The translations under genes and the position numbers were made by a program. A stretch of DNA of 64,000 nucleotides. It comes from Schmidtea polychroa. Lineage: Eukaryota. The DNA lies in contig CM097885.1 in NCBI GenBank assembly GCA_044892525.1, forward strand, positions 1,552,001 to 1,616,000, read 5' to 3'. The notes below the pieces were generated by a model, which was not told the DNA's origin, did not search any database, and worked only from the letters and a program-made list of their open reading frames with translations. Shown piece by piece: positions 52,021-63,800 of this stretch (positions are counted from its first letter, which is position 1; each line of letters starts with the position of its first letter).

Positions 52021-54563
52021 GATATTTCAATTTAAGAATCATTTTGTTAGTGCGCAAGATGGATACTGGCAGCAATTAGAGAGCGACCCTAACTTTCTCA
52101 TTAAGTATTTATGGAATGAGATTGTGCCAACAAATTTCTATGAGGAAATCTAATTAACTAGCCGTTACTTGTACTAATTTACCATATCATCCTCATCATC
52201 ACCGCCACGGTCACTACCACCCTCCCCGCCACCCTCACCGTCATCCTCACCGTCATCCTCACCGTCATCCTCATCACCAGAGTCCTCATCACAACACCAG
52301 CACAATTATATATCTCCCGAAATAGCGCAACTGGCAGAAACAAGAAGTTCTACTCCCTCCTCACCAATAAAGAAAGGAAAATGAGCCGGTACCTACATCT
52401 GCGTAATAAGCTAATTACCCTAATGGTCTGTTAAATATTGATGAGGTAGATAGAACGAATACCAGAATGAAAAGTTAAGACTGGGCAAGGCAATGTCTTA
52501 TGGGAAATACAACTAAAACGGTGTCTTAATATCCTATTCACAATATTGTCATTGCATCGGGCATAAGAAATAGATAAAGATGGAATGAACAAATGAGGAA
52601 TTTCATAGAGCAGCCAGCAAGTTTTCTCTATTGAATCGCGGTTTATTAAATGGGGCATCTCATATATTTCCGTTGATCGCTTCAATCTAATGCTGTCAGT
52701 TTTTCCCATTTCCATTGTCCATGAGAACAAGCCCAAGCATTTGATGCTGGATTTTGTAGATGAAACTTTGGCTCAATGGGAATGATTTGCATGTTTGTTG
52801 AAATGTTTTCACCCCTTCCTCCTGCCCTCCCCGTGCCCTCCCCCTGCCCCTGTCAATTTATTGCTCTGAGGTTCATGTTGAGTAACTGGGAATCCACTGA
52901 TTCATTTGGCTTACTTCCTCAATCTGGCCATTCTTATAAGCTCATATTTGGGTTCCAGTGATTAATACTGTAATTTTGTGCGGCAATGGATGACTATTTC
53001 ATTATTATTTCCTAAATGTTATCAAATGTTTTCAATATAATTAAGGAAAATATTGGTGAAGACTGGCAGACATTGACCTATGGGCAACATGCTTAGCGAT
53101 GTGATTGCTTTGGCTATACTAATGATCCAAGTACCTCCATAATCTGTACATATATCCACCTAGTTATTTATATTCCTCCAAGATTTTTGTTTCAAATGAG
53201 TCTTCGTTCTTTCATTTGAATGAGAGTTGGCCATCACAGTACTCCTCCTTTCTACGGATTTTTATTAAGGAATTTCATGAGTTTGAGCAAATATTGTAAA
53301 AGTTGTAGCAACTGAATAGGAACGAAACAAAGATAAGATGCCAACAAGGTAAAGAGAAAGGATTTATACTGTGGTCTAATCCTATTGTAATAAGGCAGAA
53401 TAGAGATAAAAATAATGCTATATTATATGTGTAACAGCAAATGGATTATTGAAATAAATAATAAACAATGATCTAATCTGAGGACATTCAATAATAATCA
53501 ATCGGACATGCAAGCATTCATATGCATGAATTATATTGGTAACATAATATGATATGTATAGGGGGAGGGGGAGGGGGAGGGGATGGGGAGGGCGCTCAGG
53601 CAATCACATATCATAATGCAATTACAATATAGCTATTTTATTTATTATATTTTTATCGCCACATATATAAATGTCATAAATGTTTTTTTGTTTAAATAGG
53701 TGATAAAATATGAGTAATATATGTTTTTATTCGCCATTGATGAGCCTTTACCCTTAGAATTTCACTTAGCTTCATGTCAAATATCTTATCAATGCTTATT
53801 TCTGATCATTTCCATAGAAAAAATAAACATTCATCTGTAAAAGGAAATGAGGAAAAAATAAAAATGTTTATTATTAAAATCGGCTGTGGATTATTTGTCA
53901 TGGAGTTGCAAGATTCAGGCCTAGGAAGATGGAAATCCCGAACCGGCTACAATGAGGGATTCACTGGTAGAAATGTTTCAGAAATCACTTCAATAAATAT
54001 CCCAATGACTCCTAAAACTAGAATGGAAATGGTTAGAAATACAATTAGCAACTCGGTTAGATAAGGTCAAAGATCGGTTTGAATATATTTCAAGGAAGAA
54101 CTACTTTTACAAAAAAACTAAGTTTAAAGATGTGATACGCTAAGTTTGTTAATAGAGATTCATCTTCAGTTTTTACTTTATATTCAGGAGATTAGGGAAA
54201 GTAAACACCAAGTAAACAATGATAATAGAGGGATAATAGACCCTAAAAAAAATTAAACCGAATTGAAAATAAAATAAAATACTAGCAAGATGTATAACAC
54301 GAAAACTTACTCAAATATAACCGTAAGACATAAAACAACAAAACTAAATTCGATTAAATACTTTATAGCAATTGTTAGTTCTTATAATTTCCTAACTTTA
54401 ATGAAGATTCTTACCATCTGAGAATAATATTGTTAATTTATCTCGGTGTTATTAAAATTATCTTTCGACTTTACGCTTCTTACCATTTTAGAATAAGATT
54501 TTTTATTAAAATTTGACTGATTCAATTTGATGGAGTTATTGTTAATTCGTTTTATTATATATA

Positions 54564-57500
54564 CTCTGAGTTTATCCGACAAGATATTTTCTCCCTCTAT
54601 GGGTACTGTTCACAATTGGTACTGCTCGTAACGGTACTGGTCGTAAAGGTACTGGTGTGTTTTAATGATTTTATTTAGGCAAATTTTTGGTTATTATTTA
54701 GCATTAAATTCATTGGTAATTTTTAGAGTTAGCGGGATTTTACTAACATTATTTCTATACAATTGAAATAATTATTTCTATTATTTGAAAGAATATTTAA
54801 AAATTTAAGGTTTTAGTGTTAATTCTAAGACAAATTTAATTAATTTCTTGATAATTTGCTATATTTTATTGACTTGTTTTTAAATTTTAAATAAAAATTA
54901 TTTTTAATGACAGTTAGGTTAATAATTAGAGTTTTTACAATAATCAAGTGATTATTATTTAATTTTTATGATGACTTTGTAATAATTTTTTCATATATTT
55001 TCTACGAATATTGATGAACTTTTAAATATTGAAAATCGAAAGTTGAAACCAGCTAATTTTATCATGATGATATATTTGAAATCTACTTGAAAATTATTGT
55101 AAAATATACTGAAATTTGTGATTTTGAAAGATATAATTGCTATATAATTGGCTGAATCGATGAAGAATTATGATCAATATTTCATCTCTAGTTAGGTATT
55201 TGATGGTAAGATTTTAATTAGATTTCTAGAAATTAAATCGGTTGAATAAAGGGTACAATCTATTGAAGGAATATTGTTATCGGATGGATAAATCGTTCAA
55301 TGATATTTTGCTAAATTACCTTTGTTAAATATTATTTTAAATGACTGAAAAAGAGAAAATTAACCAATATTCTTAAATTATTCACGCAAAATATCCCTGT
55401 TTTGGTAAAAGTTACTCAAAAATCCCTATTTAAAAATGTTAACCATATATTTCTCACAAAGATATATTACACGCAATGGTCATCTCATTAAATTAGAAAA
55501 GAATTGTAACCCTATATTTCTAACTAATAAGCACCTTAATTGGTTAAATGATAACCAAATGATCATGTTTCTATTATGATTCCTTTTTGACTCGAACAAA
55601 GACAGAAATTTACTCCAAATGATAAAGACTTTCTACCAAAATTATCAATGAATATATGTTGTTATTAATGATTATGCATTTCTCACTAAATTACCTAAGA
55701 ATGTTTAACTAATATACATATGCCTTAATTAATATACCCTTGCGACATGTTGAATGTGACCAGTACCCTTACGACAAATACACATAGGGGGGCAGAATAT
55801 TTTGTCGGATAAATTCAGACTATATATATAAAAACTTACAATATGCTATGGTTTTTATTGATTAATTTGTTGTATATTGCATTGATACATCAAAATGTTA
55901 GATAATATTTATAAATTAACTAAAAAATACACAAAAATACTATATTACCTACGAATTCTGTTATGTTTCTAGTTAAATAATTGGTTTATGTATCAACTAT
56001 ATAAAAATTGTTATGAATCCAAGAATATTTTAATTAAATGGTACGACCAAAAACATGGATTTCTAACTAAATAGGTTAATTTATCTATTTTACTTAAGAA
56101 ATTCCTATATTTAAAATAACCTTTCACTAAATTGCCTAAATATTTGCTATATGGTATTGTTAAACAAAATAATAATGAAAATAAAATAATAATATTATGT
56201 CAGGGTATGAAAAAATAATATAATTGTATGACTAATAAATTTGCAATACAAGTGCATAATTAACAAAGACTTTGCAATAAATGGGCATGATTAACAAAGA
56301 CATTAGAAATATTATCTTTGCATTATGTCGAAGATGATTATGGCAGTAATATCAGAGGAGAATGAATTGACAGAGAAAAGCATCATTATAAATATTTCAT
56401 GAATTGTAAATTTCCATATATATAAATAGCACTATTTCAAAAATTAATACAAATATTAAAACAAAATGAATATGTTTTAATCAAAAAGTATTACAATAAA
56501 ACAATAAATTTATAAAAACATTTATTTACGAAACAATAATAACCAATACTACTGCAACTTATAATGGCAGCTTTAAAATATTGGTTAGAGTTTCTTCTGC
56601 TTTTCCAACATCTTCATGGTTTTTGCGAAGATCTTTTTTTCCATTTTGATGAACTCATGGGTATATTTCATTCTGAATAATCTAAAATAATATCATATAT
56701 TATAAATACCAAACCATTCCATTCATCATATCACCAACATTTGGTAGTTGCGCCCAATATATTTAATTACCAAGATGATTTCATATTATTCAATGTTTGA
56801 AAATTTTCTACATTATAGTACCGTCATTATGGATGGTAATAATTCATTTGACTTTGATATTGTATTGATTTGTATTGAGAACTTACATGTATATAGTATG
56901 ATATTCATTAATCAGTATTAAACAGGCTTGACGATTGCGAACATTCTTCTCGTGACACTTAGAACAAACAATTACGTGACCACACGGTAAATACAAAACC
57001 GAAACTTGATTTTCTTTACAAATTGAACAAGTTAAATACCTTTTCTTAACATCGTTCAGTTTTTCCGTTAGCTTATTTTCAATCAAGTCGGCTTTTGCTA
57101 TCCATTCATAAATCAATCTACTATATCCCGGTTTCAACCTTAAATACATGCAACTCCAAAAGTATTCATTCAGTGAATCGTTGTTTACCACTGTTTTCTC
57201 TAAATACATTAAATAACTAGATAACTTCAAAATGCATTTATCATAATTAAATAAATCAATCAAATATTCAATAGAGGAATGTTTGAAAATTTTTAAAATA
57301 TTTATGATTTGCTTATCAGTGTAAGTTAAATTATTTATAAAATCTTCAACTGTGTTGTTGAAAAATTTCAATGAACGCTTATCTTCGGAATAGGTTGGAC
57401 TTAATTTTTCCTTATTTCTAGTAGGATTTCCTTGCTATAAATGACATATATATAAAATATTGACAAAATAATAAAGTTACCAAATGTGTTTTGTGATTTA

Positions 57501-57811
57501 CACATTCATATTCATACTTGTAGAAATCATCAGTAATAAATAAATTTCTTAATAACTAAATTACTTTTGTTTTTTACATTTATAACGATTGAGATAGCCA
57601 ATCAAATTAGTGTTTTCAAAATGTAGAAATTGTAACCATGGTTGAACCTTCAAATGTCTAAGTAATATCATATTGTATAACAATAAGCATGACTAGTACC
57701 CTTGCAACCTGTTGAGTGTGTACAGTACCCATAGGGGGACAAAATATTTTGTCCGATAAACTCAGAGTATATAGATTAATACTAATAATAATAATAAAGT
57801 AATAATAATGT

Positions 57812-57894
<83 letters not shown>

Positions 57895-58227
57895 GAAATT
57901 TGAAAATAATTTTGAAAATGATATAAATAATAATAAGAATTTTGAAGAAAATAATCATGAAAATATTGAAAATCGTGAAAATTATGAAAATGTTAAAAAT
58001 CATGAAAATATAGAAAATCATGAAAATATAGAAAATCATGAAAATGTTCCTGAAAATGATGAAAATGTTGAAAATGATGAAAACGTTAAAAATTATGGAA
58101 ATGTTCCTGAAAATAATCATCAAATATTGAAAATCGTAAATTGGTGCAGAAATTAAGTTTTATGAATATTTAAGCAAATAATGATAATGAAACTTCTAAA
58201 ATAAAATAATAATTAGAATTTTGCAAA

Positions 58228-58258
<31 letters not shown>

Positions 58259-58828
58259 AATAATATTGATAAAAACTTTGAAAATAATTTTTTGAAAATA
58301 ATACTTTGAAAAATATTTGATGAAAAGTTCCTGAAATAATCATGAAAATGTTGAAAATCGTGAAAATATTGAAAATGTAGAAAATTATTAAAATATTCAT
58401 GCAAATGATGAAAATGTTGAAAATCATGAAATTGACGTAGAAATTAAATTTTATGAATATTTAAGTAAATAATAATAATGAAACTTCTAAAATAAAATAA
58501 TAGTTAGAATTTTACAAATAATAATAAAAATAATAATAATAATAAATAATAATAATAATAATTATGCAAAGCATGTGCAATAATTATGTCTTTGTTAAAT
58601 AAGTCAACTTTAGCGTCAAAATAAGTTTTAAAATATATTTAAATTTTAAAATACCGCAACGTAATAAATTTTTGTCCTGCCCCTTCATTGCTTTAAGTTG
58701 GTCGGAATTTAATAATAATTATATTATACCCTTTGAGACATGTTGAATGTGAGTAGTACTCTTTGACCATTACCCAAATGAGCAATACCCATAGGGGGGA
58801 CAGAATATTTTGTCGGATAGACTAGGAG
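54564..58828. mobile_element. TA-flanked TIR element cluster: one left end and three right ends (55820, 57767, 58828)
   Basis: Left TA|CTCTGAGTTTATCCGACAAGATATTTTCTCCCTCTATGGGTACTG; best right end CAGTACCCATAGGGGGACAAAATATTTTGTCCGATAAACTCAGAG|TA; two more variant right ends. No transposase seen. Confidence 0.75.
56883..57435 (-). pseudogene. Protein with C-terminal IAP-type RING finger inside the TIR element; probably decayed
   Basis: CSIC-x11-CGH-x3-CSKC-x7-RQAC (seventh ligand is Arg, CGT, instead of Cys). The frame extends upstream of the listed TTG to an AG acceptor near 57436, with a possible upstream exon ending near 57482. Confidence 0.6.
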
Positions 58829-59066
58829 TATATATGATAATAATATTCCCCGCGCGCATAATACTTTGAACTTGAAAATACTTTTAAAACTTTAATAAGA
58901 TGAAGAACTTTCAAAATAACTGTAAAAATGTTAGTTTAAAACAATAATAATAGTAAAGAAATATTGAAAAATATTGAAAATTATTAAAATATTCATGCAA
59001 ATGATAAAAATGTTGAAAATCATTAAATTGCCAAAGAATTTAAGTTTCATGAATAATTGCTAATAA

Positions 59067-59149
<83 letters not shown>

Positions 59150-59609
59150 TTTTTAATAATAATTACATGAAAATAATTACATGAAAATAATATAACTTTA
59201 AAAATACCTTTTAAAATAATGATAAGAAAAAAAAAAGAACTTTGAAAAACTCTTTGGAAATAATTCTTTGAAAATATTACTTTGAAAAATATTTGATGAA
59301 AATGTTCCTGAAATAATTATGAAAATGTTGAAAATGTAGAAAATTATTAAAATAATCATGCAAATGATGAAAATGTTGAAAATCATGTAATTAACGTAGA
59401 AATTAAGTTTTATGAATATTTAAGTAATTAATAATAATGAAACTTCTAAAATAATAATTAGAACTTTGCAAATAATAATAAAAATAATAATAATAATTCT
59501 TTGAAAATAATTCTTTGATGAAAATGTTCCTGAAATAATCATAAAAATGTTGAAAATCATGAAAATGTTCCTGAAAATGATGAAATTGACGAGTATTAAG
59601 AATATTTGC

Positions 59610-59610
<1 letters not shown>
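57900..59610. repeat. Degenerate AT-rich repeat built of 9-mers (GAAAATGTT/GAAAATCAT) in blocks of a few hundred bp separated by (AAT)n
   Basis: Recurring gaaaatgttcctgaaataatcat...gaaattaagttttatgaatatttaag blocks. Confidence 0.75.
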
Positions 59611-59683
<73 letters not shown>

Positions 59684-59685
<2 letters not shown>

Positions 59686-60760
59686 TTAGGGATAGGCCTT
59701 GGGGCCTGGAGTGTAAAATAAATAAAGAATTACTATATTTAGAAACAGTATAAATAAAAATTACTGAAAATAGAAGATAGGTTTTACTAATTACTATTAA
59801 TAGATTTAGGTAATATATAGGAATATTTGATAATACTATTACTATATATAGTAATTATAAAATTACTATTAATAAAATAAATAATTAAAATGTGATATAA
59901 ATACTGGTTCAAAACAAGAACCAGGGACGATAAAAACATAGACAATAAAATTGACGATAATTTGCGGACGGGAAAACTGACAAGAAAGTTCGAAAAGGAA
60001 TTGAAACAATAATTTAGAAAATTATTATCATTTTGAAAACGAAAACGTGATTAAAGAATCACTGTGTCAATTATTAAGTTTAGAAGTTCAACATTTGTCT
60101 ACAACAATAAAACGTGATTAAAGAATCACGGTGTTCATCAATCAACCAGACGATAACTCAACTCAAATTTCAGATCGTTTTACAAATTAGAAAGTGACTA
60201 TAAATTGTCAAACGGAACAAACTAGAATCAGAGAGAATAATTTTGGAGAGAAAATTGGAACAGATTCGTGAAACAATAGAAAGGAGCTATTAATCTAGAA
60301 GGTAAAAGAAGTTCTGTACTTGAGTTGTGTAAGGATAAATTATTATCCTTGTGAAGTGAGATAATTAAAATAAAGCGAACACAAAGCACAGACAGCGGCT
60401 TTCGTGTTACCTGGTAGCCCCAAAATCAGCCCTCTTACTTTACCGTCATCTTTTCAATTTATTTAGCGATCGTTGTGCTACACAGGAGCCATCGATTTCT
60501 TGCAGGCTGTGGTAAACAGTAAGGATTAATAAATCCGTTTTCTTGTATTCTTTGCACATATATTATAAATATCTGTTGTAAATTATTAAATACATTTTTA
60601 TAAAAGAGAAAGGCGTTTGTTGTTAATTCAGTGATTTAAAAACTCATATACGCAACCACATTAAATAACTTATTTATATTTATTTTTATTTATTTATCTT
60701 AATTAAGTTATTGGAGTCATTTGTGTTAAGATCTGTAGTCCCCGTTTTTCGATCTTAACA
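59684..60760 (+). mobile_element. 5' LTR (1077 bp) of an LTR retrotransposon (Ty3/gypsy-like by Gag), inserted in (AAT)n
   Basis: Starts TGTTA at the end of an (AAT)n run and ends TAACA; followed after 3 nt by a PBS and then a gag ORF. Confidence 0.88.
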
Positions 60761-60763
60761 TTT

Positions 60764-60781
60764 TGGTGAGCCCGACGTGAT
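60764..60781 (+). promoter_or_regulatory. Primer-binding site complementary to the tRNA-Trp 3' end
   Basis: TGGTGAGCCCGACGTGAT matches the tRNA-Trp PBS TGGTGACCCCGACGTGAT at 17 of 18 positions. Confidence 0.88.
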
Positions 60782-60898
60782 AGCAATTTTCGGGGGAATA
60801 AGAATTTTATTTATAAAAGGCAAACATCTTTTTGAATCATTGAGTTAAGAAATAGAAGGGTAATAAATTTAAGACCAGGTAATAGAAACCAGCAAATA

Positions 60899-63800
60899 AT
60901 GGCAGAGATAAATAATTTACAAAATCTAAATGAGAATAATTTACAAAATAATAATGTGCCAGTAGCTCAACCACCAGCGGTAGATTTTATGAGATACCCA
61001 ACAATTCCGATTAAACCATTTAGTGGAAACCCAGGGGAGTTTCCAGAATTTATGTCCGAATATTTTCAGTTAGCCAGAGCATTAGGATTCCCGGAACCGG
61101 TAATGATTTTGAGATTACCTTTATATTTAAAAGGGATGGCACGGGAAATATATAACGATGTTATAATAGCCGAGCATCCAGTTGAATGGAATGTATTACG
61201 ATTAGCATTACAAAATAGAATATTACCGGGGGATGCAACTAGAGTGCTAAGACAACAGTTTTATAACAGGCGACAAAATTCGGGTGAGCATGTTGGGGAA
61301 TTTTCATATCAAATAATGATGTTGGCAGAGAGAGCATTTGGTAATAGGGCAGCCTGGAATGATGCAACTAGAGCATTAGTAAAAGATCAGTTTTGGTCTG
61401 GGTTATCGTCAGCAATGAGAAATGCACTCAGTTTACACATAGGAGATAATTTAGAGGAATTAACTCGTAAAGCGTGTTTAATTGAGAGTAGCATTGAGAA
61501 GTCAAACAATTTTGCAATTAGTAGCAACAAGTCAGACATTGAGTGTTTTAATTGTCATAAAAAGGGACATATGTCAAAAGATTGTAAAAGTAGGAATAAT
61601 TCTCCAGGGGACAAATTGTGTACCAAGTGTGGGAGAAATAATCATGTGGCATCAAACTGTAGAATTTCGGACCTAAATTGTGAGAAATGCAAGCGCAAGG
61701 GACATGTAGCGTCAGTTTGTAAAGCTAGTTTTGGGGGAAATAATTCAAATAATAATAATAATAGAAATAGAAGCCCCGATAGGAATTTTCGTGGTAATAA
61801 TAATACTAATAATAACTTTCAGAGTAGAAATAATAATTTTAATAATAATATTAAAAGGGATGAAGTAAATTCGGGGGGTAAAATTAAATGTCATAAGTGT
61901 GGGAAATTTGGTCATATTATGCGTTCATGTCCACAAAATCAGTTATCTAATAACAATGGTAGTGGCAACAATGGTAATAATCGATCAAAACAGACAACGT
62001 TTGCAGTAAATTCAGACCACAAATTAACGTATTTGCAGCAGCTTGAATTAGAAATTCAAGAAGAAAGAAACAGGTTAGCAAGGCTAACAACAAATGAAAC
62101 TGATGGGTACGATGAAAATGAAGGTGTTTATATGACGTCAGCCAGAAAAAGGCGAAATAAAAATAATTATGTAGAACTTGAAGTGTTGATGCTTCAAGAA
62201 AGTCCACAGGAGGACAACGAGGAAAAGACTGTGGTCATAGAACCAGAGGTCTGTGAGGGTTTACAGGTTTCACCCAGGAAAAATCTAGTGGCTGTGGCCA
62301 TGGAGCCAGAAGCCAACAGAGAAATAGAAGGTTTACCGGTTTCACCAGTTAAAAATCGTAAGGCTTTGGACATGGATCCAGTAGCTAAGGAAATTGTTCC
62401 AACAGGAGTTTTGGAAAAAAAATGGGCTTCGGTCAGTGAACCGGAAGTTCTTATAGCCACATCATCCATGCGAGGTGAGTGTGGTAGTGAACCAATAAAG
62501 GTTCGAGAAACATCGAAAGAGGAAAGAAATCCCATCGATGACTGTAGAAAAATACTATTACGCAAGAGCGTATGGCAAAGAGAAATGAGACAGAAATTGG
62601 AAAATATTCGTTTAAACCCCGTTAATGAGAATGAGGTTGACAAAGTAATAGATATCATATCAGAGTTAGACAGAAATGAGGAATATTATCCAGAACTGAG
62701 AGAAATTCTGAGAAATATTGGCCTAAATTGGAAACAAAGAGAGAATCTGGAGGATTCTACAATTTTTGTATCTTTCCCAAAAGGTTGTTTTCGTAGATAT
62801 ACAATTAAGCCAAGTGAAAAGGTAGAAGCATTGGCAAAGAGAGTTTCTGTGGTAAAACCTCAACAGAGATGCAAACTATATTTACTGGGAGAAAGATTAT
62901 TAGAGGGAGAAACCTTGTTAGATTGTGGTATACTACCAGGGAAAAATATGGTTATAAAAGCAAAGTTTCACAAGGAAACTGTTACAGTAGTGGACTTGGA
63001 TAATGTCCTTACTATAAGCGAGATTGAAATTGATCAATTAAATCAAATATCAGCCGTACCACATAGATTGGGAATTGAACTGATGAAAAACCCAAGAGAT
63101 GGGGAAGCCATTAAGATGATAATGGATTGGATACTGGAGTTGCGAATCCCAGTAGATACTCTTAGAGAGATAATGCCATTGGTGGTGCCTTTAGTAAAAG
63201 AGACATCACAATTCCAGACACAAGCAAAGATGCTGTTGATTAAAAATGGACATGCTATTAGACATTTGGAAGGTAGACAAGGTCCAGTGATGTTAGATAT
63301 CAGGATACCCAGGAGAGGACACCTGATACAACAATTCTCATGTTATCATAGGGTAAAGAAACTGAGAAAAAGGATATCAGAAATATTAAAAGAGTCATTC
63401 CTCATAATGATACATGGTTGTCAGGTGGATGACGACGAATTTCTAGTAGATGTTGGATGTTTTCCCAATGAGGAAACAGTTGTATTAATATTACTGGTAG
63501 AGTTTCCAGAGGATGAATGGGCAACTTTGAGATTGCCAGATAATGCAGAAATGGAGGATGAAACAGTACATCCTGAGCAAAAACAAGTAGACGGGAATAC
63601 TCATCAGGAACCCGTAACCACAGTAGATTTAGATGAAGAGATAGATAAATATCTCAAGGAACTTGATAACACTGAAGACGAGTTGGTCGAAATATTTCCT
63701 ACAGAGGAAGATAATGAAGTACAATTAAATCGAGATGAAACAAACATCGGAGCTAGTACATCGCGACAAGTCGAGCCACCAAGAGAAAGAGTGAGCCCGA

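Noticed and set aside
60764..60781. tRNA gene
   Set aside because: Only the 18-nt complement of a tRNA 3' end (a PBS); no cloverleaf.
61482..62658. Listed ORFs 61482-61676, 61947-62207 and 62194-62658
   Set aside because: Off-frame or antisense shadows of the long gag ORF starting at 60899.
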